Origin: Spirochaetota bacterium
GTDB lineage: Bacteria; Spirochaetota; UBA4802; UBA5550
Direction: 5' to 3'
Assembly: GCA_050298055.1 (NCBI GenBank)
Contig: JBNKTL010000005.1
Span: forward strand, 39,094-103,093
DNA: 64,000 bases
Under the pieces are notes generated by a model. It was not told the origin of the DNA, did not search any database, and saw only the letters and a list, made by a program, of their open reading frames with translations. Position 1 is the first letter of the stretch. Each line of letters opens with the position of its first letter. The position numbers and the translations under genes are program-made. Positions 30,699-40,799 of this stretch are shown one piece after another.

Positions 30699-31760
30699 AT
30701 GAAAATGCCGAATATTCCCCGGTTAATTTTCTGGGAACTGACAAAGAGATGCAACCTTTCCTGTATACACTGCCGTGCTGAAGCTGAGGATAACGAGTTC
30801 TACGGAGAACTTGAATTTGAACAGATAAAAAAAGTCATTGATGATATCTCCGAAGTTTCCAAACCGATACTTGTTCTCACAGGTGGCGAACCCCTTTATA
30901 GAAATGATATATTCGATATTGCTCGCTATGCATCAAGTCGTGATTTTCGTGTTGCCCTGGCAACTAATGGAACACTTGTAAACGAAGAAACTGCTAAAAA
31001 AATTAAGGATGCGGGTATTCTCAGGGCCAGTATCTCCCTGGATGGCTGGGATGCGGAATCTCATGATAGTTTCAGAGCAGTGGAGGGGAGTTTTGAAAAT
31101 GCTTTGAAGGGAACTCATTATTTAAAAGATGCCGGTGTTGAATTTCAATTCAATACAACTATCACAAAAAGAAATGTAGACCGAATGGAAGATATACTGA
31201 AGCTTGCTGAAAAAGAAGGTGCAGCGGCACTACACCTTTTCATGCTTGTGCCTGTAGGTTGCGGTGTAGAAATTGCCGAAACAGATATGATCTCCAGTGA
31301 AAAATATGAGGAGGCACTCAACTGGTTATATAATAAATCGAAAGAAGTTAAGATGGAATTCAAAGCAACATGCGCGCCTCATTATTACAGAATTATCAGG
31401 CAAAGAGCAAAGGGAGAGGGGAGAAAACTCAACTTCGAAGAGGATGGAATGGCTGCCATGACAAGGGGATGTCTTGCAGGTAGCGGTGTTTGTTTTATCT
31501 CTCATAGTGGTGATGTCCAACCATGCGGATATCTCCCAATATCAGCAGGGAATGTGCTGGAAACGCCATTCGAGAAGATCTGGGAAGAATCGGAGCTTTT
31601 CCAGTCACTGAGAGATGTTCACCAGCTTAAGGGTAAATGTGGTGACTGTGAGTACAGAATGGCCTGTGGGGGCTGCCGGGCAAGGGCATACTATTCGGAA
31701 AAAGATTATCTGGGGGAGGAACCTTACTGTATGTATGAGCCCAGGAAAAGAACCGATTAA
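30699..31760 (+). CDS. ahbD: Radical SAM/SPASM heme b synthase AhbD (NirJ-like)
   Basis: CNLSCIHC, LTGGEP, TCAPHYYRIIRQ, RGCLAG..VCFISHSGDVQPCGYL, KCGDCEY...CGGCRARA. Confidence 0.8.
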   Translation: MKMPNIPRLIFWELTKRCNLSCIHCRAEAEDNEFYGELEFEQIKKVIDDISEVSKPILVLTGGEPLYRNDIFDIARYASSRDFRVALATNGTLVNEETAKKIKDAGILRASISLDGWDAESHDSFRAVEGSFENALKGTHYLKDAGVEFQFNTTITKRNVDRMEDILKLAEKEGAAALHLFMLVPVGCGVEIAETDMISSEKYEEALNWLYNKSKEVKMEFKATCAPHYYRIIRQRAKGEGRKLNFEEDGMAAMTRGCLAGSGVCFISHSGDVQPCGYLPISAGNVLETPFEKIWEESELFQSLRDVHQLKGKCGDCEYRMACGGCRARAYYSEKDYLGEEPYCMYEPRKRTD

Positions 31761-31862
31761 TACGTTATAAAAAAAATCAAAAACAAATGACAAGCTAATA
31801 ATAGTAATTTAGTGAAAATTATTTATGAGAAGTTTTTATTGTTATCATTACTTTTCATCATG

Positions 31863-32453
31863 TTAATAAATTATTGATAATCTCTTTCTATAGGCTTCTT
31901 CATAATAAAGAAACCTGTTAATTCTTTCTTTAAATGTTGATCCAAGTTGTAGAAAAAAATCATGTTGTGTTATTTTCAGTGGAGATTTATACGTTTCGTT
32001 AAGGTATGAATTTATACTGCCATACCTGTAATTTCTCGGATCTTTAACTATTTTTTCCCTTACTGCGTCAAAGCCGAGATACCATAAGAACCAAAGAAAG
32101 TATATTGCAGGATTTTTTAGAAGTTCAATAACAAGACTTTTGAATCTTTCACTCCAGAATGCACCTTCTCTATTATTCAATCTATTGTATCTTTCAGCAA
32201 ATCGTGATTTAATATACTGCATTATTCTGGAAATTGTTTCACCGTCATGAAGAGTTTTAATAATAAAATGAAAATGGTTGTCGAGTATTTCATATGTAAT
32301 GAGTTGAAATTTATATTTTTTTAAAGCTTTGTCTATGATAGAAATCATTAGATCTTTATAAAAGTCACTTTCCATCATATTTCTGCTCTCAATACACCGT
32401 GATGTAACATGATAAGTCATGCCTGGTTCACAAATTCTTAAAGGTCTTGGCAT
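31863..32453 (-). mobile_element. REP-associated tyrosine transposase (RAYT, Y1/HUH family)
   Basis: MPRPLR, YHVTSR, NHFH (HUH), FWSERFKS, catalytic-Tyr region WYLGFD.VR; flanked by REP-like motifs. Confidence 0.88.
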
Positions 32454-32537
32454 GGGATTCTCCTTTGTTGTTGTTTATATTAATACGATTGAAGTTGTGA
32501 TTATTTAAAAAAAATTTTTCGAAATAAGAAAAAAATA

Positions 32538-32610
32538 GGGTCAGAGCAATAATTTATTCTTCAAAATAGTGGTTCTGCCCCTTGGTTTCCCAAAAATAAT
32601 GCTCTGACCC
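32538..32610. repeat. REP-like doublet upstream of RAYT
   Basis: ATAGGGTCAGAGCA ... TGCTCTGACCCTAT inverted pair. Confidence 0.8.
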
Positions 32611-32650
32611 TATTTCTTATGGATTATAAAAAATTAGTTTAATATACTTG

Positions 32651-32680
32651 TTGACAATTAAAAAAAAATGTTAATATAAT
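32651..32680 (+). promoter_or_regulatory. Consensus sigma70-type promoter for the porin-cytochrome operon
   Basis: TTGACA (32651)-18 nt-TATAAT (32675), 50 nt before the ATG. Confidence 0.7.
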
Positions 32681-32730
32681 TAGATAGCAATATACCTTCT
32701 TATGCGGACTGCAATATACAGGAGCTGCTT

Positions 32731-34233
32731 ATGAAAGAGAACCTCGCGTCTGGAAAGTGGCACTATTTCACTGCTATAACTCTGTTGTTGATATTTATAA
32801 TTGTCCTTTTTATTAAAAAAGGGGTCAGAGCAATGGATTATGGCGGAAGAATTGATACCCAATATCAGTACAGAACCGGTGATGATGAAGCTGACCAGGA
32901 TGTCTACCAGTTCCATGCTTTTGAACTTAGCTTTTCGAAAGATCTCAGCTTTGAATGGAACGGCGGTTTGAGATACGATATTGACGGTAAAAACACTTCC
33001 GCATCGGGTCTTGATGATGCGTCTGATGTTGCCTTAAGGGGACTCCCGGATGCGGTTAATGAGGAGATGAATTTGGAGTACAGAATATACTCCGCGTTTG
33101 TTAAATATAAAACCGCTTTGTTTAGCACCCAAATCGGCAGATCATTTCTCTGGGATTATGAGTTTTCCCACTTTGACGGTGCAATGATCTGGTTGAAGCC
33201 TCTTGACTGGATTACTATTGAAGGTTTTGTGGGAAAGCCATGGCATTACGCTTACTATAATGATTACTCAAAGTACTGGGACGAGTCAGAATCTATCGGA
33301 GGTGGCGGAGTGATCTTTAAATTTCGCAAACAGAAACTTGATTTTGCACTCAGGTATCTGAACCTCCGGGAACTTACCGAGAAAACAACAGAAACAGGTG
33401 AGGCTTCAGATACCTTTCTGTCAAATGACAACCTGACCCGTGCCGCCCTTTCTTATACGCCGTTGCGGATTATAAGGGCCGATATATCCGCCTCCTTCAT
33501 TGACAATGAGGGAAGAAATATCGATGCCGGTTTAAGCGGGTACAGCAGCGAATATTTATTCACCTACAGGGTGAATTACTACAGGCAATTCATGGATATA
33601 GAATATTACGGAAGCAGATTGTCTCAATATTCCTCCTTTCTTACTGCTAACCATCCCTATCATAAAGCTTCGGTATATATCACAAAAAGCCTGGCAGATA
33701 TATTCGGATTTATTGGGCCTGTCTCCGATATGGAGATCGAGGCAGGATATGAATACAGGGGGCCTGTTGATCTGGATGAGCGGGATTCCTTTAATCCCGA
33801 GTATCAACTTATAAGGGGAGGTCTCATTGCTGCGATAAATGAAAAATATTATCTCAATATTTTCTCTGAGACCATTATTACAACAGGTGACCGTAACGAT
33901 ACACGGACTTTTGGCGGTGAAATATCCAGAAAATGGAAGACATTGATTATAAAACTTGGCTCTGCTTATTTTGTCCATAAATACGAACAGAACTATTCGG
34001 ATACCCTGATAAAGGACAGCTTCTATGCCAGGGAATACTATTTCAATGTGAAGTGGATGCCGATAAAATCGCTGGATGTTTCCCTCAAGGCCACTTATGA
34101 ACAGGCCGAGCTTTCATCCCTGACAGATACTTCGAAGCAGAACCAGGATGTCGTTTCGGAGCCAATAACAGAGATCATAACCGAGCCCAGGGATTACATG
34201 AAGGTTAAACTCAAAGTCGGTTATATGTTTTAA
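32731..34233 (+). CDS. Outer-membrane beta-barrel (putative porin of a porin-cytochrome complex)
   Basis: Signal-like N-terminus ending GVRA, many alternating aromatic beta-strands, C-terminal KVGYMF; co-oriented with a multiheme cytochrome 11 nt downstream. Confidence 0.75.
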   Translation: MKENLASGKWHYFTAITLLLIFIIVLFIKKGVRAMDYGGRIDTQYQYRTGDDEADQDVYQFHAFELSFSKDLSFEWNGGLRYDIDGKNTSASGLDDASDVALRGLPDAVNEEMNLEYRIYSAFVKYKTALFSTQIGRSFLWDYEFSHFDGAMIWLKPLDWITIEGFVGKPWHYAYYNDYSKYWDESESIGGGGVIFKFRKQKLDFALRYLNLRELTEKTTETGEASDTFLSNDNLTRAALSYTPLRIIRADISASFIDNEGRNIDAGLSGYSSEYLFTYRVNYYRQFMDIEYYGSRLSQYSSFLTANHPYHKASVYITKSLADIFGFIGPVSDMEIEAGYEYRGPVDLDERDSFNPEYQLIRGGLIAAINEKYYLNIFSETIITTGDRNDTRTFGGEISRKWKTLIIKLGSAYFVHKYEQNYSDTLIKDSFYAREYYFNVKWMPIKSLDVSLKATYEQAELSSLTDTSKQNQDVVSEPITEIITEPRDYMKVKLKVGYMF

Positions 34234-34244
34234 AGGAGGGTCTT

Positions 34245-35333
34245 ATGAAAATTTTCAATAACATTAAAATAAATGGAAGAATGAAATCAGGACAGGTGCT
34301 GATACTCTCGGCAATAATGATACTGACAGGCTCAGTTTATCTCTGGGGTCTGCTTCAGAAGAAATCCAGCGGCCTGAAAATGGACCATAAAATCCATGCT
34401 GAAAATAATGTGGTGTGCTCTACATGCCACTCTATGAATTCTAATACACGGTTTATGACCTTTAAGGGCCACGATGCATGTTCTGAGTGTCATGAGCAGG
34501 TCAAGAGTACAAATAAAGAGGATTGTAAAATATGTCACACTAACAGCGAAGGTAAAACAGCTCTCAGAAAGAATATAAACCTCAGCCCGCTGGTCAACTT
34601 TGACCATAAAATCCATGCTGAGGGAGGAGTTAAATGTATCCAGTGTCATACGCGTGCAGATAAGGAGAAATCTGTTTCCGGCAATAATATGATCCCTCAG
34701 ATGGAAACCTGTGTGGATTGTCATAAGGACCGGAAGATTGCCGATACGGATGATTGTTCTACCTGTCACGTAGAGGGATATGAGAGGATAAGGCCTGCGG
34801 ACCACACACCCTTCTGGTTTCGAAACCACGGTCGGGGGCTGGACAGCAGCACAAGAGAAAAGAGCTGCAATATCTGCCATACAAAGAAGCTTGGTAATGA
34901 CTGTCTCAGCTGCCACAGGCGGGAAAAACCGAAAAACCACACAATAGGCTGGAGGGTGAGAAGCCATGCGCAGTATGCGCAGATTAACCGTGAAAGTTGT
35001 GTTACCTGCCATACACAGGGTGAGTGTATTGCATGTCATACAACAACTGAGCCCTTTTCACATACCGGGTTTTGGGGTGCTCCCTACAACAGACACTGTA
35101 TTAATTGTCATGTCACAGGCGGGGATTTCAGCGGTGCTTCCGGTGTAGGGAACAACTGCACTTTCTGTCACAGGCAGGGGACAATAGTAAGCCGGCATAC
35201 AACATTGCCGAGGCCGTCAGGTCACGCAACAACAGGATGTTCCAATAACGGTGCATCCTGTCACAATGGAAGCCTGGGGCTCAGGCACCCGTATCCCACA
35301 TCAACTTTCAGCTGCAGGAGCTGTCACCAGTAG
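34245..35333 (+). CDS. Periplasmic multiheme c-type cytochrome (13 CXXCH + 1 CX6CH), cytochrome c3/c7-like repeats
   Basis: Counted CSTCH, CSECH, CKICH, CIQCH, CVDCH, CSTCH, CNICH, CLSCH, CVTCH, CIACH, CINCH, CTFCH, CRSCH plus CSNNGASCH; N-terminal hydrophobic segment; DHKIH motifs. Confidence 0.95.
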   Translation: MKIFNNIKINGRMKSGQVLILSAIMILTGSVYLWGLLQKKSSGLKMDHKIHAENNVVCSTCHSMNSNTRFMTFKGHDACSECHEQVKSTNKEDCKICHTNSEGKTALRKNINLSPLVNFDHKIHAEGGVKCIQCHTRADKEKSVSGNNMIPQMETCVDCHKDRKIADTDDCSTCHVEGYERIRPADHTPFWFRNHGRGLDSSTREKSCNICHTKKLGNDCLSCHRREKPKNHTIGWRVRSHAQYAQINRESCVTCHTQGECIACHTTTEPFSHTGFWGAPYNRHCINCHVTGGDFSGASGVGNNCTFCHRQGTIVSRHTTLPRPSGHATTGCSNNGASCHNGSLGLRHPYPTSTFSCRSCHQ

Positions 35334-35346
35334 CTTATCTCCTTAA

Positions 35347-35480
35347 TGCTCTGACCCTCTCTCTTTTTTATTTGGCAGAAAAAGAGAGAGGGTCAGAGCA
35401 GTAATTCAGGGGTCAGAGCAGTAATTCAGGGGTCAGAGCAGTAATTCAGGGGTCAGAGCAGTAATTCAGGGGTCAGAGCA
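35347..35480. repeat. REP-like 22-bp hairpin plus 4x20-bp tandem array
   Basis: TGCTCTGACCCTCTCTCTTTTT...AAAAAGAGAGAGGGTCAGAGCA, then (GTAATTCAGGGGTCAGAGCA)x4 at 35401-35480. Confidence 0.9.
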
Positions 35481-35577
35481 TTTTATCACGGGAAAATCCA
35501 AAAAAACAGGATACTCCACCCGGAATACCCTGTTTAAGTTCCAACCTGAATTATGCCTGATAATAATACAGATATTC

Positions 35578-36870
35578 TTATGGCCTGGTTCCGCCATTTG
35601 GATAAGTCACAATGCTGGCACCGGCATTTAACTGCAGGTTCTCTATGGCATCCCAGAGGAGCTGTGCGACATAAGTTGCATTATGGATGCCCCCGCTCCT
35701 GTCCTCAAGTGCGAGCCTGAAGTTCCAGAATGACGCTGCCTGTGCCTGTGTAAAGGTTGCCGTCTGTATTTCCCAGTCAAGTCCCCATTCACCTGTAGTC
35801 TGGTCACTTCCTGTCAAACCGACAATAGGCCCGGTTCCATCACCGCTGAAGTTGTTAGTGCCGTCACCGAAATATTTTACCAGTGTTGCCATCATTCCGG
35901 AAATCTCATTGATCATACCTTCCGTTGATCCAGTTCCATCCCAGTTCGATGGTGCAGTGTGGTTGGTCTCACCGGCAAATGTCGCTCCGAATGCGGGCCA
36001 TCCGCTTGGATGGCATCCAGTCGCCTGGCATGAAGCCACAAGATCATAAGAGTTCCCGTGAACCTCGCCCTTCAGATAGAAACCGTGTCCGCCCAGGGCA
36101 AGGCTGTCATTGCTTCCGGCTTCCGAATACATGTGGCACTGTACGCAGCTGTCTGTTATTGCTCCCTCATGGTCACCTGAAGCCAGGTAAGCGGCACCCC
36201 CTGTGGGATCTTGATAATTACCGACACCTATATCAAGTTCAATACTTGCTATAGCGGTAGCATTTGACCAGGGAAAGGCGTTTGCTCCCACAAGAACATC
36301 GGCCTGCGGTCCGTGGTGCGGCCCCCTGTAACTTGCCAGTGACGCTGTTGCCGTTGAAAAGACAAAGTTGTCAGTGGCCACAGAGTTTGCCCTGTGGCAC
36401 GCAACACAGAGATTACCCTTTCCGATGTTAAAGCCTGTGCCATCCTTCAGGGTCACCGCGTCAGTAGTTCTTAAGGTGAAATCACCGGATGTATGAGGCG
36501 AATGGCATGTGAAACATCCCGGTGGCGCAGAGTATGAACCTGTGCTTGTTTCTCCCGAAAGCGAAGTAACAAACGCCTCATGGTTGTGACATGATTCGGC
36601 ACAATAGGACGCGTTGCTTCCGTGGTGAATGTAGGTATGCCCCGTTGTCAAATAATTGGGGTCCAGGGTCCTCGGTCCAAGCCAGTGCCCGGAATTATCA
36701 TATCCTGCCTGCGCAAAGAGGAGTGCCATGCCGATTGTTGATGTTTCGCTATGACATCCCATGCAGCCTGCGGTATCACTGCTTGAACTGCTGTCATCAC
36801 CGCATCCGATAGCGAACAGAGCGGATACGGTTATTATCATCAGCACATAGAGGAAAAATTTCAAACGCAT
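35578..36870 (-). CDS. Multiheme c-type cytochrome lipoprotein (4 CXXCH + CX3CH + CX4CH), likely surface-exposed
   Basis: RBS GGAGG, lipobox FAIG-C, Ser-rich linker; CMGCH, CAESCH, CFTCH, CVACH, CVQCH, CQATGCH; GPHHGPQAD and C-terminal DRSGGIHNATY..LLWDAI. Confidence 0.88.
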   Translation of the reverse strand: MRLKFFLYVLMIITVSALFAIGCGDDSSSSSDTAGCMGCHSETSTIGMALLFAQAGYDNSGHWLGPRTLDPNYLTTGHTYIHHGSNASYCAESCHNHEAFVTSLSGETSTGSYSAPPGCFTCHSPHTSGDFTLRTTDAVTLKDGTGFNIGKGNLCVACHRANSVATDNFVFSTATASLASYRGPHHGPQADVLVGANAFPWSNATAIASIELDIGVGNYQDPTGGAAYLASGDHEGAITDSCVQCHMYSEAGSNDSLALGGHGFYLKGEVHGNSYDLVASCQATGCHPSGWPAFGATFAGETNHTAPSNWDGTGSTEGMINEISGMMATLVKYFGDGTNNFSGDGTGPIVGLTGSDQTTGEWGLDWEIQTATFTQAQAASFWNFRLALEDRSGGIHNATYVAQLLWDAIENLQLNAGASIVTYPNGGTRP

Positions 36871-37728
36871 TATGAAAACCTCCGTTTGATTAAATTTATA
36901 TAAACATCGGAGATTTTGCACATCCTGCAGCTGGAATCGGATCGCCGTGTAATCTCTTCTGTTAATATCGCAGTATTAATCCAACTAAGTCGTCTTCAGC
37001 TGATATTTTCCTCATTTGTAGAAAAAATTTTTCGTGAACCTGAACCGGGTAAGATTTCTGTTTTTATGGAAGACAAGAAAGAAAAAGAAGAGTTTCTGAA
37101 TAACATTAGTAACATCCTTATCCTTACTATTAATTATAATATACTTAATTTTAAGGTTAGTCAATAATATTGTCAGATTTTAAAAATTTATGGTTTTATT
37201 GCTCTATTACGTTTTTTTATATCCAGCACTATACATAGCCCTTAAACGTCTGTTAGATGATATGCTTTGAGGAGTAAAATGGGTTTTTATGGAATTTTAC
37301 AGGAAACATGAAGATCTTCTTTCATAAATATGTAACAATTACAAATCTGTATTGACAAAAAATTATAGAATATTGTTGGAATTTTAGTAAATAAATGTAT
37401 CTTTATTAATATCGCTGAGTAATTAAGGAGAAATCACACAAACAGTACGATGTCATGTAAAATACCTTTTTTGTAATGCTGAAAAAATATGATAAAATTA
37501 AGAAATTATATACTTTTTAAAAAAATAAGTTGATTAAAAAAGATGGTGTCTGTCTATTGTATTTCACTCAATATTATTAAATAAAGAGAAATAATGGGAA
37601 TATAAAGTCAGAATTGATTAATATAGATGCTGTTTAAAATGGCATATTCCCGTTTAAAAATTTATTTTTTTATTGTGCATTTTGCCAGGGATTAACCTGT
37701 ATAAATAATAATTTTTAGGAGGGAAAGA

Positions 37729-39501
37729 ATGAGCTTGCCAAAACTTGATCCTACCAAGTTGGCTGACTGGCAGATAGCCGAAGAAGCTGAAAAGCATATG
37801 AAAAAGGTCTATCAGCTCGCAGATGAACTGGGAATCAAAAATGAAGAATTAATTCCTTACGGACACTATTTCGGAAAAGTTGACTATGAAGTTGCATACG
37901 AAAGATTAAAGGACAAACCTGACGGCAAATATATTGATGTAACGGCTATTACTCCCACACCTCTTGGTGAAGGGAAAAGTACTTCAACAATGGGCCTTGT
38001 TCAGGGTCTGGGGAAAAGAGGTAAAAACGTAACAGGCGCCATCAGGCAGCCGTCCGGCGGACCGACCATGAATGTGAAGGGAAGCGCAGCGGGAGGCGGA
38101 CTTTCGCAGTGTATTCCCCTAACGCCCTTTTCACTTGGACTTACCGGTGACATCAATGCAATTATGAATGCCCATAACCTCGCTATGGTTGCAATCACTT
38201 CCCGGATGCAGCATGAGTTTAATTATAACGATGAGATACTCAAATCAAAGAATCTCAAGAGGCTCGATATTGATCCCCATAATGTTGAGTTCAGGTGGAT
38301 TATCGACTTCTGTGCGCAGTCTCTGAGAGAAATTATTATCGGCCTCGGAGGTCCCAAAAACGGTTTCACTATGAGATCGAGTTTTGGTATTGCAGTAAGT
38401 TCCGAGCTTATGGCTATTCTCGCGGTTGCAACAAGCCTCAAAGATATGAGAGAGAGGATGGGTAAGATCGTTGTTGCCTACAGCAAATGGGGCGACCCGG
38501 TCACAACAGCCGATCTCGAAGTTGACGGGGCTATGACGGCATGGATGATGGAGGCCATCAATCCCACACTTATGCAGACAATTGAAGGCCAGCCTGTATT
38601 TGTTCACGCAGGTCCTTTTGCCAACATTGCTATCGGCCAGTCTTCAATCGTTGCCGACAAGCTGGGCCTCAAGCTGGGAGACTACCATGTTACCGAGAGC
38701 GGTTTCGGTGCTGATATCGGGTTTGAGAAGTTCTGGAACCTCAAATGCAGGTTCAGCGGACTTACACCGGACTGTGCTGTTATTGTTGCCACAGTCAGGG
38801 CCCTCAAGAGTCATGGCGGCGGTCCTCCTGTTCCTCCCGGAAAGAAACTCGACCCGGTCTATACATCTGAAAATGTTGAGCTTGTTGACAAGGGATGTGT
38901 CAACCTCGTTAAGCATATCGAAAACGTCAAGAAGGCGGGGATTTCTCCTGTTGTCTGTATCAACTCCTTCTACACCGATACAAAAGATGAAATTGCTGCT
39001 ATCAGGAAACATGCCGAAGCGGCAGGTGCCAGGGTGGCGGTATCCAATCACTGGCTCGAAGGCGGTGATGGGGCCCTTGAGTTAACTGATGCGGTGATCG
39101 AAGCATCTGAGGAAAAGACAGACTTCAAATTCCTCTACGAGCTCGATGCGTCCCTCAGCGAGAGGATCGATAAGATCGCCAGAGAGGTTTACGGTGCGGA
39201 TGGCGTTAGCTACACTCCTGAAGCAAAGGCAAAGCTTGAAAGAATGGAGAAGGACCCTGATATATCATCGCTGGGAACATGTATGGTTAAAACACACCTG
39301 AGCCTTTCACATGATCCTACGCGGAAGGGGGCCCCCACAGGCTGGACTCTGCCCGTAAGGGACATCCTCACATACAAAGGCGCCGGCTTTGTGGTTCCCG
39401 TTGCGGGTACTATCAGCCTGATGCCGGGTACGGCTTCTGATCCTGCATACAGAAGGGTCGATGTTGATACCAAGAGAAGGAAAATCACCGGAGTATTCTA
39501 A
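37729..39501 (+). CDS. fhs: Formate--tetrahydrofolate ligase
   Basis: [42 protein letters not shown]. Confidence 0.97.
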   Translation: MSLPKLDPTKLADWQIAEEAEKHMKKVYQLADELGIKNEELIPYGHYFGKVDYEVAYERLKDKPDGKYIDVTAITPTPLGEGKSTSTMGLVQGLGKRGKNVTGAIRQPSGGPTMNVKGSAAGGGLSQCIPLTPFSLGLTGDINAIMNAHNLAMVAITSRMQHEFNYNDEILKSKNLKRLDIDPHNVEFRWIIDFCAQSLREIIIGLGGPKNGFTMRSSFGIAVSSELMAILAVATSLKDMRERMGKIVVAYSKWGDPVTTADLEVDGAMTAWMMEAINPTLMQTIEGQPVFVHAGPFANIAIGQSSIVADKLGLKLGDYHVTESGFGADIGFEKFWNLKCRFSGLTPDCAVIVATVRALKSHGGGPPVPPGKKLDPVYTSENVELVDKGCVNLVKHIENVKKAGISPVVCINSFYTDTKDEIAAIRKHAEAAGARVAVSNHWLEGGDGALELTDAVIEASEEKTDFKFLYELDASLSERIDKIAREVYGADGVSYTPEAKAKLERMEKDPDISSLGTCMVKTHLSLSHDPTRKGAPTGWTLPVRDILTYKGAGFVVPVAGTISLMPGTASDPAYRRVDVDTKRRKITGVF

Positions 39502-39524
39502 TACCGGGTGATCTGAAATATAAC

Positions 39525-39559
39525 GGATACCGGTACCGGACTTTCCGGTGCCGGTGTTC
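39525..39559. terminator. Strong hairpin after fhs
   Basis: GGATACCGGTACCGGA-CTT-TCCGGTGCCGGTGTTC; followed by an A-tract, not a U-tract, on the + strand. Confidence 0.55.
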
Positions 39560-40022
39560 ATAAAAAAACATTTGAAAGTTATCTTTAATTTTGATATTAT
39601 TTCAATAGTTATACATGAGCCAGATGTCACTTAAAGATAAGTCAGAGTCAGCCTGAGAAGCTGGCTTGAGTAGAGGTTATAAAAAGATTGATTGTTACAT
39701 CCGGGGTGAAATGTTCACCCGGTAAAATAGATAGAGGCTTATTAAATGCATTGATGCTGCCTGTATGCCTGTCAGACATCTCTCTATTCGCTTATTCAGA
39801 TATCAGTATTGACCTGGGATCTTTTAAAGAACTATAGTATCAATTTTTAATTGTTATTACAATTAAAACAGCAATTATTGATTTTTAAAGGAATAGCCTG
39901 TTAAGTATTTTAAAAGATCCTAAAAAAATATTGAATTAATTAAGAATAATTTTTAAATGGAGCAATGGACACAAAAATGGGATTTTACTAAGGAGTTTGT
40001 CTGAATTGGAAGAGGAAGTTTT

Positions 40023-40778
40023 ATGAGTTATGTAATCGCCGTAGCAGGCAAGGGGGGGACCGGAAAATCTACCGTTTCGTCATTAATTGTTCGTTCATTA
40101 TTGAAAAAGGGGGAGACTCCTGTTCTTGCTATTGATGCGGACCCGAATTCCAATCTCGCAGAATCCATTGGGATCAATGTAAATGATACAATCGGTACTG
40201 TTCTCTCCGATTACATGAGACAGAGACTGGACCTCCCCCAGGGGATGACCAAGCAGGCTTTCCTGGAGATGAAACTTCACCAGATCATCAAAGAGGATGA
40301 TAAAATTGATATGCTGGTCATGGGCTGTCCCGAAGGCTCCGGTTGTTACTGCGGCGCCAACGCGATTCTTAAAAGTTATTTTGAAGACCTTAAAAAGAAC
40401 TACAAATTCATTGTTGTAGACAACGAGGCGGGGATGGAGCACTTCAGCAGAAAGACAGCGGCTGATATCGATCTTCTCCTTTTTGTTTCAAATTATTCCA
40501 AAAAAGGAATTGTAACCGTAGAGAGACTCTCAAAGATGGTTGATGACCTTAAACTTTCGGTCAAAAACCGTTATCTTTTAATAAACCAGACCCCTGAAGA
40601 GCTGGATCCTGATTTTGTCAAAGATGTAGAAAATATCGGAATACCCTATTTCGGTAACCTGGTTTCCGATAAAGTGATAGAAGAATATGATGTTAAAGGT
40701 AAGCCGTTAACAGACCTTCCGGACGATTCTCTTACCGTACAGAACTTTGAAGAAATGCTCTGGGAGAGAATAGATTAA
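40023..40778 (+). CDS. cooC: CODH/ACS nickel-insertion ATPase CooC/AcsF
   Basis: GKGGTGKS, IDADPN, GSGCYC, DNEAGMEH. Confidence 0.92.
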   Translation: MSYVIAVAGKGGTGKSTVSSLIVRSLLKKGETPVLAIDADPNSNLAESIGINVNDTIGTVLSDYMRQRLDLPQGMTKQAFLEMKLHQIIKEDDKIDMLVMGCPEGSGCYCGANAILKSYFEDLKKNYKFIVVDNEAGMEHFSRKTAADIDLLLFVSNYSKKGIVTVERLSKMVDDLKLSVKNRYLLINQTPEELDPDFVKDVENIGIPYFGNLVSDKVIEEYDVKGKPLTDLPDDSLTVQNFEEMLWERID

Positions 40779-40799
40779 AGAAATTTTATGGAGGAAAAA

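Noticed and set aside
35390..35480. Possible CRISPR array
   Set aside because: The 20-bp units are identical with no unique spacers, and there are no cas genes in the window.
35578..36870. NrfA nitrite reductase or hydroxylamine oxidoreductase
   Set aside because: There is no CXXCK motif and the heme count and spacing do not fit; only a general C-terminal resemblance.
39560..40022. THF, ZMP or cobalamin riboswitch upstream of cooC/folD
   Set aside because: Hairpins are present but I could not match the conserved motifs by eye; an Rfam scan would settle it.
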